Shown here: piece by piece, positions 52,065-60,727 of the stretch
How positions within the stretch are numbered: the stretch's first letter is position 1
Layout: each line of letters starts with the position of its first letter
NCBI GenBank assembly: GCA_043797265.1
Contig: JAZDPV010000012.1
Coordinates: forward strand, 58,016-122,015
Direction of reading: 5' to 3'
DNA: 64,000 nucleotides
Source of the DNA: an archaeon
Lineage (GTDB): Archaea > Nanobdellota > Nanobdellia > Pacearchaeales > GW2011-AR1
Program-made: the position numbers and the translations under genes
Notes under the pieces: generated by a model
What the model saw: the letters and a program-made list of their open reading frames with translations, nothing else
What the model was told of the DNA's origin: nothing
Database searches by the model: none

Positions 52065-52259
52065 TCATATTACCACCCTATAATAAACTTCATCCGAACG
52101 AAGAACTTTAACCACATCTCCTTTCTCGCAACCCTCAGGAAGTCCAACATCACTTTTTGAAATCTTCGGCAGCTGCACCAAAGAAATATTAAATTCCCGA
52201 AGAACTTTCTCAGCCTCGGTAGAACTCAACTTCACATGTTTGGATTGGAGCACGTGCAT
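52065..52259 (-). CDS. rpoH: RNA polymerase subunit H
   Basis: HVLQSKH, QLPKI...D, GDVVKV.R, YYRVV. Confidence 0.93.
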   Translation of the reverse strand: MHVLQSKHVKLSSTEAEKVLREFNISLVQLPKISKSDVGLPEGCEKGDVVKVLRSDEVYYRVVI

Positions 52260-52377
52260 TTTTAGAATATCGTCTTTAGATATTCAAAACACCAAAAGTG
52301 GCTTTAAAAACTTTTTGCTTTCGTTATTTCAAAGTAGTTCGTGTCAAAATCACAATTTATTTTCTATTTTCTAAATA

Positions 52378-52476
52378 TGGCCCCGACGGGATTTGAACCC
52401 GCGACACCTGGATAACTTCCCCAGAAATACATCCAGGGTAAAAGTCCAGTGCTCTACCAAACTGAGCTACGGAGCC
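52378..52476 (-). tRNA. tRNA-Lys(TTT) with 25-nt BHB intron at 37/38 (52414-52438)
   Basis: Acceptor GGCTCCG/CGGGGCC; CTGGA-CT-TTT-A[intron]A-TCCAG; CUUU/GAAG 4-bp helix with two 3-nt bulges. Confidence 0.92.
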
Positions 52477-52575
52477 ATCAACAAACTGAGAGAGACCAAT
52501 TTAAAAAATTATGCTTTAACTTCATATATACTTCATCATACATATCTTTTTAAAAAATTGTAATAACTCCTTCTG

Positions 52576-53133
52576 ATGTCTAACTCATGCAAAGATAGAC
52601 CCAGTTGGAATAATTATTTTATGTCTATAGCAATCGATATAGCCACCCGCTCTTCTTGTCGTTATATCGACGCAGGAGCTGTCGTTGTTAATGACAAAAA
52701 CAGAATCCTATCTACAGGATACAATGGCGCACCTCCAGGAGACAGAGAAAACTGTCTTTACAATGGATGTAGAAAAGACCAATTAAGAATTCCTCAGGAA
52801 ACAAAAGGAAAAGGAAAATGCAAAGGAACACACGCAGAAATGAACGCTCTCCAAAAAGCCGGTGAAGATGCCACTGGAGCAACTCTCTACACGGTAATAT
52901 TGCCCTGTTCTCATTGCGCAAAACAAGCCGCATCAGCAGAAATTAGAAAAATCGTCTATGCAATAGAATATGTAGAAAAAAGAAATGGAACAGATGAAAC
53001 AGAAGGTGACGTCACAAGAGGAATATGCCGACGCTCCGGAATAGAACTAGAACACTTGGCAATGGAAGAAGAAACCATATTACAAAACAAAAGAAGAGAA
53101 GACGTCTTAAAAAATAATTTCAGATCTAAATAA
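52576..53133 (+). CDS. dCMP deaminase
   Basis: RPSW..YFM, RSSC, TGYNG, HAEMNA, PCSHC. Confidence 0.93.
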   Translation: MSNSCKDRPSWNNYFMSIAIDIATRSSCRYIDAGAVVVNDKNRILSTGYNGAPPGDRENCLYNGCRKDQLRIPQETKGKGKCKGTHAEMNALQKAGEDATGATLYTVILPCSHCAKQAASAEIRKIVYAIEYVEKRNGTDETEGDVTRGICRRSGIELEHLAMEEETILQNKRREDVLKNNFRSK

Positions 53134-53152
53134 ATATACTCCAAAATATATT

Positions 53153-54823
53153 TCAACCCTGCTCATAATTTTTCCCTTCTTTCAAAGCCACTTCAGCGCG
53201 AGCAAATTCCTGTCCCAAATATACAGCATGAGGCGTCTGTAAATCCATCCTCGCACAAATTTTATCTCTCAACTCACTCGCCGTTCTGCCCCGATAAATT
53301 TCAAGTTCCCTGCCCGTATTTGGATGCGTCAGCGTCGCACATATTTCTCCATCGCCCAAACCAATTCTAAAATTTCCTCTCTTATCACTACAATTTCCAA
53401 CCAAATGCCCATACTTCTCAAGCATATTCCCCACCTGATTATAATAATTACCATATATTTGCGCACTTCCAGAAATCATCGTCAATAAACCCGGTTCAAC
53501 ACCAATCCCGTCGGCAATTTCTTTTTGCACCGCCACACAACCATACGCGTTCTCCGGCCAACCCTGAACCATATCATGACTTCTAAAGAAATTTGTCAAA
53601 TTCAATTTCTCATTCTGAACCAACGCCTGCATATAAACAAGACACGGACTACTCTTATGTTTCCTCATTAACTCATCGCCCGGATGCCAAGTCATAGCAA
53701 CGCACGCTTTCGAATACGAATCCCTTTTCAAAACATCAATCATATCCGCAACCTGATTCACCTTACAAAAACCATCATCCAAATAATTTATATTCCTATC
53801 GTGAACCTCGCCAGGAAATTCCCATCCCAACCGCGCACTCTCTCCGGCAGCTTCCGCATCATCCACAAGACCAGCAAGACTTTTTTTATGCAACAAATAT
53901 GCCCTCAATTTATTTCCATAAGTATACGCCTTCCCCTCGGGCAAAACAGAAGAAAGCATTTCTGCCTGATAAACTCTAATTTTTTCCAAAGTCATCGGAA
54001 CAAGAAAAGGATTTACTCCTAAACCCTCATCCTGAGAATCCTCGACGACAACAGTCATATTATTTATCTCTTTCACTTTTCTGTCCGTCCCAGCATTCAT
54101 TAAATTAAAAACTCCAAATCTATTTATTACAGAAATCATTCTAACCCACGCCTCGGGAATATTCCTCCCATGCACAATCAATGACCCCCCTTCATAAGGG
54201 AAAGAGTCGCTCATTTCTTCATAACCAAAAGTCTGCGGCCTGCCAAATGGATTTCCTCTCTCAAACCTATCCATTAATTTATTTGCCCTTTTAATCTTAA
54301 CATCAAGAGACGCTCCCAGCATTACCAAATTCAAATCAACCAAATCGACATTCCTTCTAACTTTATCAATCTCCTCCGTCGGAATATTTTTATCAAAATA
54401 AATTGAATTACCAAACCCTTCAAGTTTTCTGTTAGAAGTTATTCCCCTTTTAAAAAAAGCACGAATCGCATTAGCACTCGTCATTTCATTAGTGCTCCTG
54501 CCTCCTGCCGCAAAATCAGTCCTCGAAGAATACTCATCCCCAAGCATAATAACATGTCTAATAAAAGGATTTCCCAAAACATTTCTAACCATCCCCTCAA
54601 GCCCTGAAGGAGTATAAAAACTTGTAGCAATCGCAAGATTACTTTTATCTAAATTAGGAACAACACCCATCCTCTCCGTCCACAAAAATGTAACACCAGC
54701 ACTTGCATCACTAACAACCGACTCCTTGGGATGCGGAAAATGAATTCTATCACGAACAGCGACGGGCCAACCCCTTTCTCCATTAGAACCAACCTGATTT
54801 TTTATTTCATCAACTAAACTCAT
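53153..54823 (-). CDS. MtrA-like domain + thymidylate synthase + DUF4346 fusion
   Basis: GLEGMVRNVLGNPFIRHV (MtrA-like); YTYG, SPCL, FRSHDM..GWPEN, SAQIY (ThyA); DKRGNF...HAVYLG.E..RAE..L....YEQ (DUF4346). Confidence 0.82.
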   Translation of the reverse strand: MSLVDEIKNQVGSNGERGWPVAVRDRIHFPHPKESVVSDASAGVTFLWTERMGVVPNLDKSNLAIATSFYTPSGLEGMVRNVLGNPFIRHVIMLGDEYSSRTDFAAGGRSTNEMTSANAIRAFFKRGITSNRKLEGFGNSIYFDKNIPTEEIDKVRRNVDLVDLNLVMLGASLDVKIKRANKLMDRFERGNPFGRPQTFGYEEMSDSFPYEGGSLIVHGRNIPEAWVRMISVINRFGVFNLMNAGTDRKVKEINNMTVVVEDSQDEGLGVNPFLVPMTLEKIRVYQAEMLSSVLPEGKAYTYGNKLRAYLLHKKSLAGLVDDAEAAGESARLGWEFPGEVHDRNINYLDDGFCKVNQVADMIDVLKRDSYSKACVAMTWHPGDELMRKHKSSPCLVYMQALVQNEKLNLTNFFRSHDMVQGWPENAYGCVAVQKEIADGIGVEPGLLTMISGSAQIYGNYYNQVGNMLEKYGHLVGNCSDKRGNFRIGLGDGEICATLTHPNTGRELEIYRGRTASELRDKICARMDLQTPHAVYLGQEFARAEVALKEGKNYEQG

Positions 54824-54878
54824 CTCTCCTCAAAAATTAAACACTTAATAAAAACTACTACACTTCAATATATATATT

Positions 54879-55922
54879 TCAATTACCCACGCCCTCAAAC
54901 ACAATCTGCGCAATTTTCATTCCCGGATAAAGTTTAATCGGCAACGGACTCACATTAAATAATTCTAAAGTCAATTGGAACAAATTACCAGGATGTAAAA
55001 GACCTGGCAAAACAACTAACCCAAGTTTCGCAAGAGAATTTTTTCCCTCGAGCCGACCAATATGTTTTTTATCAACACCAGTAATTTCCTTCACCCAACC
55101 CAAAGCAAAATTTCCCGGATGCAAAATAAAAAAATCCCGCCCATCCAAATTAACATCCTCCATTAAATCCCTCGACAAATTTTTCGTATCAACAATTTCT
55201 GTCACATACGATTTAAAAATTTTAAACCGCCCATCCAAATGCAAATCATAACTCGCCGGCTGAACACATCCTTCATCATACGGAACAATTTTAATTTCGC
55301 CACTCGCAACCTTTCTCTTAATCTGAACATCATTCAAAACCCCAGGACAAAAAATCTCTCTACTTTTTTTATCTCCATTCTCAAAAATCTTCTCCAAAAC
55401 TCCATCCAACTTTCTATGCAACTCTGCAATCGTCCAATCATTCTTGAAAACATAATCAGCCATCTCGACACACTTTTTCAAATTCTGCTCATTCAAACTA
55501 CCAGACATTATTTCTTTTTGCTCCTGCTCCATAAACTCATCAAACGAAGTCGTCGAATTCCCATCCTCGATAATTCTCGCATATCTCGTCTCGACGTCCG
55601 CATCAACTCCAAATAAAATAAATTCCTTTTTATTTTTCAAAGCCACAGCCTCGCCAGGACATCGCACGCCCTCTATGACACAATTCCCTCCCTCTTTCTC
55701 TGCCTTCTTATATAATTCCTCGACGATATAACTCATCCCAAACCTCTCCCTCAAATCATTCACAACCAAAACAACATTCACTCTATTCAAACTCAACCCT
55801 CTCTTTAAAATTTCCTCGCTCAAAAAATCCTGAACAGAATAATGTCTAAATCCTTTTTTCTTAAGATACTCAACCATAACTCCTCTCCCAGCACCCAACG
55901 TCCCACTAACTCCAACAATCAT
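54879..55922 (-). CDS. P-loop NMP/dephospho-CoA kinase-like domain fused to dCTP deaminase-like domain
   Basis: IVGVSGTLGAGRG...EGVR.PGE; VQPASYDLHL...LTLELFN...LYPGMKIAQIVF. Confidence 0.8.
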   Translation of the reverse strand: MIVGVSGTLGAGRGVMVEYLKKKGFRHYSVQDFLSEEILKRGLSLNRVNVVLVVNDLRERFGMSYIVEELYKKAEKEGGNCVIEGVRCPGEAVALKNKKEFILFGVDADVETRYARIIEDGNSTTSFDEFMEQEQKEIMSGSLNEQNLKKCVEMADYVFKNDWTIAELHRKLDGVLEKIFENGDKKSREIFCPGVLNDVQIKRKVASGEIKIVPYDEGCVQPASYDLHLDGRFKIFKSYVTEIVDTKNLSRDLMEDVNLDGRDFFILHPGNFALGWVKEITGVDKKHIGRLEGKNSLAKLGLVVLPGLLHPGNLFQLTLELFNVSPLPIKLYPGMKIAQIVFEGVGN

Positions 55923-55994
55923 TCTAAAAAATCGCCTCCCAACCTTATAAAAATTATTACACTCTATCATATAAATAGAAACCCAAACATTAAC

Positions 55995-56046
55995 GGGCGA
56001 AGCCCACTACCAGCGAAGCGGACTATCAGCCGAAGGCGGACTATTT
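55995..56046 (+). repeat. heptamer/GAA-hairpin array
   Basis: gggcgaagccc-actacca-gcgaagc-gg-actatca-gccgaaggc-gg-acta. Confidence 0.88.
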
Positions 56047-56466
56047 CCCCGTCGAACCCCACGCCCCATCTCCTCTCTCACTCTCCGACAACTCATCAAC
56101 AACCTCAACCTCCGCCGTCGCAACAGGCAAAATCAAAACCTGCGCAACTCTATCACCAGCCTTAATCTCAAAATCCTCATCACCCGTATTTAAAAAAATA
56201 ACTCCATATTCCCCTCGATAACCATGCTCAATAACTCCACCCAAAATACAAATCCCTTTCTTCAAAGCCAATCCACTCCGCCCCCGAATATTCGCCCAAT
56301 AACCCTCCGGCAACTCCATCGCAATCCCCGTCGACACCAAAACCCTTTTCCTCGCGCCGACGACATAATCCTCCGTCGAACACAAATCCATCGCCGCGTC
56401 TCCATCGTGTGCATACCTCGGCACAACCGCATTCCCCTTTAACTTCTTTATCTTAACTTTCACCAT
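56041..56466 (-). CDS. dut: trimeric dUTPase
   Basis: AAMDL, RSGLA, GVIEHGYRGE, GDRVAQ, RGDGAWGSTG. Confidence 0.95.
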   Translation of the reverse strand: MVKVKIKKLKGNAVVPRYAHDGDAAMDLCSTEDYVVGARKRVLVSTGIAMELPEGYWANIRGRSGLALKKGICILGGVIEHGYRGEYGVIFLNTGDEDFEIKAGDRVAQVLILPVATAEVEVVDELSESERGDGAWGSTGK

Positions 56467-56555
56467 CAATCAAACCACCAACCCACCTTTATAAAAATTA
56501 TTACGCTCAACCCCTACCCCCTACCAACTACCCTCTACCATCTACCCTCTACCAA

Positions 56556-57350
56556 CTAAACCCTAACCCCAACTTCCTCAAAATAATCTTTCACAACCTC
56601 CCTAACCCCAGACAAAAATTCCTCACCAACATCTTTCTCGTCGACAAAATCTAAACTAACCATCGCCCCTTTATTTTTAAACCCCTGCAAAAAAATCCTC
56701 TTCGGCTTCCCTCCGCAAACTTCATTCATCCACCTCGCCATCTCAACCAAACTCTCCCGCGAATGCAACCGCCCAACAACCGTCGTCCTAAACTCATAAT
56801 TATTTTCCTGACCACTCCCTTTTACCTTTTCTAAATTTTCATCCGTGTTAGTCCGTGTTAGTCCGTGTGCTAAATTTCTTTCCCCACTAAGTCGTCCAAA
56901 CCCATAAACAATCTTCATCGACTCCTCAATCTTAGAAACATCAACATCAACATTTGTTATTCGGAAATAATCATCCCTGCAACCCTTCACATCCATCGCA
57001 ACATAATCAACCAACCCCTCATCAATCATCTCTCTCAATCGAATAGGAAACGACCCATTCGTATCAATCTTAATTTTAAATCCCATCTCCTTTATCCGAC
57101 AAACAAAATCAAAATCCAAACTCATCAACGGCTCACCCCCGCTAATACAAACTCCATCCAGCTTCCCAACCCGACTTTTCAAAAAATCCAAAATATACTT
57201 CTCTGAAAATCCCACATCACTTTTGCCGACGACAAGTTCCGGATTATGACAAAACCCGCAACGAAAATTACAACCCTGCAAAAAAATCACGCAACAAACC
57301 TCCCCGGGATAATCAATCGTCGAAACTTTTTGCAACCCAGCGATTTTCAT
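56556..57350 (-). CDS. nrdG: class III RNR activating radical SAM enzyme
   Basis: IDYPG, GCNFRCGFCHNP, ISGGEP, DTNGS, YEFRTT. Confidence 0.93.
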   Translation of the reverse strand: MKIAGLQKVSTIDYPGEVCCVIFLQGCNFRCGFCHNPELVVGKSDVGFSEKYILDFLKSRVGKLDGVCISGGEPLMSLDFDFVCRIKEMGFKIKIDTNGSFPIRLREMIDEGLVDYVAMDVKGCRDDYFRITNVDVDVSKIEESMKIVYGFGRLSGERNLAHGLTRTNTDENLEKVKGSGQENNYEFRTTVVGRLHSRESLVEMARWMNEVCGGKPKRIFLQGFKNKGAMVSLDFVDEKDVGEEFLSGVREVVKDYFEEVGVRV

Positions 57351-57475
57351 TCTCCACATTCACAATCGAACATTGTTCGGTCCCTAAACTCCGCAACTTT
57401 CCCTTCATTCCATTGCGCAGTCGGTCGCAAATACCCAACAACTCTACTCCACACCTCGCATTTAGTCCTCTCCAT
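57347..57475 (-). CDS. stand-alone NrdD glycyl-radical domain (42 aa; not in ORF track)
   Basis: MERTKCEVWSRVVGYLRPTAQWNEGKVAEFRDRTMF; GGAGGTGA SD; ATGA overlap with nrdG. Confidence 0.88.
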   Translation of the reverse strand: MERTKCEVWSRVVGYLRPTAQWNEGKVAEFRDRTMFDCECGE

Positions 57476-59633
57476 CTTCACCTCCAAAATTTAATTTCAA
57501 TCTAATTGGCACCAAAACCTCATGTTCAACTCTCGGCTCTTCAAGTAAAACATTATCAACACCGACGACGACCGACGACTCAATCTCTACCTCAGCCATC
57601 TCCTTCTTATTGCTCTCAACTTCCATTGCTACAACCTCACGCTCAGCGTCGCACTTAGGACAATACTCATGCTCACCCGCAAGATAACCATGAATCGGGC
57701 AAATAGAAAAAGTCGGCGTAATCGTAAAATATGGCAAACGATAATTCCCAGAAATTTTCTTCACCATCCTCTTCACCGCATCCTTCGTCATCCTCTCCCC
57801 AACAAAAGTATGAAACACCGTCCCACCGGTATACTTACACTGAAACTCGTCCTGCAAATCCAACGCCTCAAAAACATCGTCGGTAAAATTCACCGGCAAG
57901 TGCGACGAATTCGTGTAATACGGCTCAGCCCCTTTTTGAACAACCACATCATTCGCGACAATAATCCGCCCAAATCTTTTCTTATCCATCCTCGCAAATC
58001 TATAAGTACAACCCTCTCCTGGCGTCGCTTCCAAATTATAAATATTCCCAGTCTCCTCCTGAAACTCCTCTAACTTGCTCCTCATAAAATCCAAAATCTT
58101 CAAAGCAAATTCCCGCCCTTTCTCCGTCGCTATACTTTCCCCTGGCATAAAATTCAAAATCGCCTCATTCATCCCCAACAACCCAATCGTCGCGAAATGA
58201 TTTTTCCAATAACACCCAAACCTCTGGTATACCTGCCTCAAATAAAACTTACTATACGGATACAACCCAACCTTCGTAAAATTCTCAATCACTTTCCTCT
58301 TAATCTCAAGACTCTCCTTCGCCAACTCCATCAACCTACCAAGTCGCCCCATAAAATCCTCGTCGCTCGTCGACACATAACCCAACCTCGCCATGTTAAT
58401 CGTCACAACTCCAATCGAACCCGTCTGCGGATTACTCCCAAACAACCCACCGCCTCGCTTCCTCAACTCCGTCTGGTCCAACCTCAACCGGCAACACATC
58501 GACCTCGCATCCTCCGGCTTCATATCCGAATTAACAAAATTAGAAAAATACGGTATACCATACTTCGCCGTCATCTCCCAAATCAAATCATACTCTGGAT
58601 TATCCCAGTCAAAATCCTTCGTGATATTATAAGTCGGAATCGGAAAAGTAAAAACCTGCCCCGCCGCATCTCCATCCAGCATACATTCTGCAAACGCCCG
58701 ATTCAACATGTCCATCTCTGGTTTGAATTCCTTGTAAGTCTCAATCTGCGGCTGCCCACCAATAATCACGTGCTCATCTCTCATATAATCCGGCACTTTC
58801 AAATCCATCGTGATATTCGTGAACGGCGTCTGGAACCCAACTCTCGTCGGCACCGCCATGTTAAATAAAAAACTCTGAACTAATTTTTTCACTTGCTTAT
58901 ATTCCAAATTCTCATATCTAATAAACGGCGCCAACAATGTATCAAAATTAGAAAACGCCTGCGCCCCAGCCGACTCTCCCTGCAAAGTATAAAAGAAATT
59001 CACAATCTGCCCCAATGCTGCACTAAGATGTTTCGGCGCTCTCGACTCAACCTTTCCTCTAACTCCCCTAAACCCAACCATCAACAAATCTTTCAAATCC
59101 CACCCGACGCAATACGCGCCCAGCGTCCCCAAATCATGAATATGAATATCACCAGCCTCGTGAACTTTCCTAATCGCCTCCGGATAAACTCGCCTCATCC
59201 AATAATTCGCAATAATCTTCGTCCCAATATAATTATTCAAACCCTGCAACGAAAAACCCATATTCGAATTCTCCTTCACCATCCAATCATTCAACCCAAT
59301 ATAATCCTCGACCGCCTCGATAGTATCAAACAAACCCTTAACCTTTCGCAACTCATCATGACTCTGCCGATAAAGAATATATGCCTTCGCAACCTTCGCA
59401 TGCCCTTCCTCAATCAAAATCTTCTCGACCAAATCCTGAACCTCCTCGACGTCAGGAATCCCAAACTCTCCATAAACCTCATCAAGTTTCTCGACGACCA
59501 TATCCGCCAACCTCACCGGCCTCTCCTGGTCCTTCCCTCCAACCGCCCGCGCCGCTTTCCAAATCGCCTCGGCAATTTTTTCCTTCTGGAAAAACACAAC
59601 ACTCCCATCCCTCTTACGAATTTTCTTAACCAT
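57462..59633 (-). CDS. nrdD: anaerobic (class III) ribonucleotide reductase with ATP cone, lacking the glycyl-radical tail
   Basis: ATP cone (IRKRDG), HIHDL...YC, SMCCRL, EATPGEG, YTGGT, CPIHG...CPKC. Confidence 0.95.
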   Translation of the reverse strand: MVKKIRKRDGSVVFFQKEKIAEAIWKAARAVGGKDQERPVRLADMVVEKLDEVYGEFGIPDVEEVQDLVEKILIEEGHAKVAKAYILYRQSHDELRKVKGLFDTIEAVEDYIGLNDWMVKENSNMGFSLQGLNNYIGTKIIANYWMRRVYPEAIRKVHEAGDIHIHDLGTLGAYCVGWDLKDLLMVGFRGVRGKVESRAPKHLSAALGQIVNFFYTLQGESAGAQAFSNFDTLLAPFIRYENLEYKQVKKLVQSFLFNMAVPTRVGFQTPFTNITMDLKVPDYMRDEHVIIGGQPQIETYKEFKPEMDMLNRAFAECMLDGDAAGQVFTFPIPTYNITKDFDWDNPEYDLIWEMTAKYGIPYFSNFVNSDMKPEDARSMCCRLRLDQTELRKRGGGLFGSNPQTGSIGVVTINMARLGYVSTSDEDFMGRLGRLMELAKESLEIKRKVIENFTKVGLYPYSKFYLRQVYQRFGCYWKNHFATIGLLGMNEAILNFMPGESIATEKGREFALKILDFMRSKLEEFQEETGNIYNLEATPGEGCTYRFARMDKKRFGRIIVANDVVVQKGAEPYYTNSSHLPVNFTDDVFEALDLQDEFQCKYTGGTVFHTFVGERMTKDAVKRMVKKISGNYRLPYFTITPTFSICPIHGYLAGEHEYCPKCDAEREVVAMEVESNKKEMAEVEIESSVVVGVDNVLLEEPRVEHEVLVPIRLKLNFGGEDGED

Positions 59634-59680
59634 ACAAACCACCATGAAATTCGTAAATGAAAATCTTTGATTTACTTTTC

Positions 59681-60085
59681 CTAATCTTCTTTACTATCTT
59701 CACCACCTCTATATTTTTTATCTTCCTCAAACCCACTCCACTTAACCATCGTCCCACCTCGCTGAGCATCGACAAAACTAAACCCATTAGGATATCTCTC
59801 TTTCAACTTATCAACATTACCCTGCAAACAATCCGACAACTTCCATCCAAAAAAATTACAAATCATCGCCGCATACCACATCATGTCCCCAATATTTTCC
59901 TTAATCCCATTCGTCACCTTATCATTCTTATGAACAAAAGTTTTTTTTATACAACTCGCAACATCACCCGCCTCACCCGCAATCCCAAGCCCCCAAGTCG
60001 CAATCTCAGTCTCCGAAGTCGCAAACTTTTTCGACGTTCTCTTGCAAGCCTCCTGATATTCACTCAATTCCATATTATTATTCAT
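59681..60085 (-). CDS. MazG-like NTP pyrophosphohydrolase
   Basis: LGIAGEAGDV...KE.IGD.MWY...N..KL.ERYP.GF. Confidence 0.88.
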   Translation of the reverse strand: MNNNMELSEYQEACKRTSKKFATSETEIATWGLGIAGEAGDVASCIKKTFVHKNDKVTNGIKENIGDMMWYAAMICNFFGWKLSDCLQGNVDKLKERYPNGFSFVDAQRGGTMVKWSGFEEDKKYRGGEDSKED

Positions 60086-60155
60086 CCCTCGACGACGACA
60101 GTCGTCGAAAACCTCCTCACCCCTCTCTCAACCTCACCCAACCTAAAACTCAAAC

Positions 60156-60596
60156 TCACTTAAGTTTCTTTATCTCCTCCTTAAAATCGTCAATATCCCC
60201 GAAATCCCGATAAACCGCCGCGAACCGAATATACGCAACCTTGTCAATCTTCTTCAACTTATTCATAACCATCTCCCCAATCTGCGAACTCTTGATGTCC
60301 TTTCCCTTCGCGACCCGATAAACATTCGCTTCAATCTCGTCGACAACTCTATCTATTTCCTCGCTCGTGAACGGCCGCTTCTGCAAATTTTTATCAACCC
60401 CGACAAACAATTTCTCCCGCGAAAATTTCTCCCGTCTCCCGTCCTTCTTAATAACATTCAAATCCAACTCAACCCGCTCATACGTCGTGAACCGCTTCCC
60501 ACATTTCAAGCACTCCCTCCTCCGACGCGTCACAGAATCACAATCGCGTTTATCAGTAACCTTCGTCTCCGCCGCCGTACAATATGGACATTGCAT
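60156..60596 (-). CDS. nrdR: transcriptional repressor NrdR
   Basis: CPYC...RRRRECLKCGKRFTTYE, ATP cone, DKVAYIRFAAVY. Confidence 0.96.
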   Translation of the reverse strand: MQCPYCTAAETKVTDKRDCDSVTRRRRECLKCGKRFTTYERVELDLNVIKKDGRREKFSREKLFVGVDKNLQKRPFTSEEIDRVVDEIEANVYRVAKGKDIKSSQIGEMVMNKLKKIDKVAYIRFAAVYRDFGDIDDFKEEIKKLK

Positions 60597-60614
60597 TTTA
60601 TTATTTTACAATGA

Positions 60615-60662
60615 ATACAAGATATTGTATCTCGCACCCCTTTTTGCCACAATCTCTTGTGG
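60615..60662. promoter_or_regulatory. tandem NrdR boxes
   Basis: atacaagatattgtat (60615-60630) and ccacaatctcttgtgg (60647-60662): 16-bp palindromes 32 bp apart, between the TATA-like TTTAAATA (~60690) and the nrdR start. Confidence 0.8.
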
Positions 60663-60727
60663 TTGTAAACAATACTACCCAAACGACTATTTAAAGATTA
60701 TTGTAACCCACAATACATATATCGAAA

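Noticed and set aside
44994-59633. Inteins in RpoA, RpoB, NrdD (and GyrB)
   Set aside because: Protein lengths are normal or short, with no intein-sized inserts or HN-C/S/T junctions noticed
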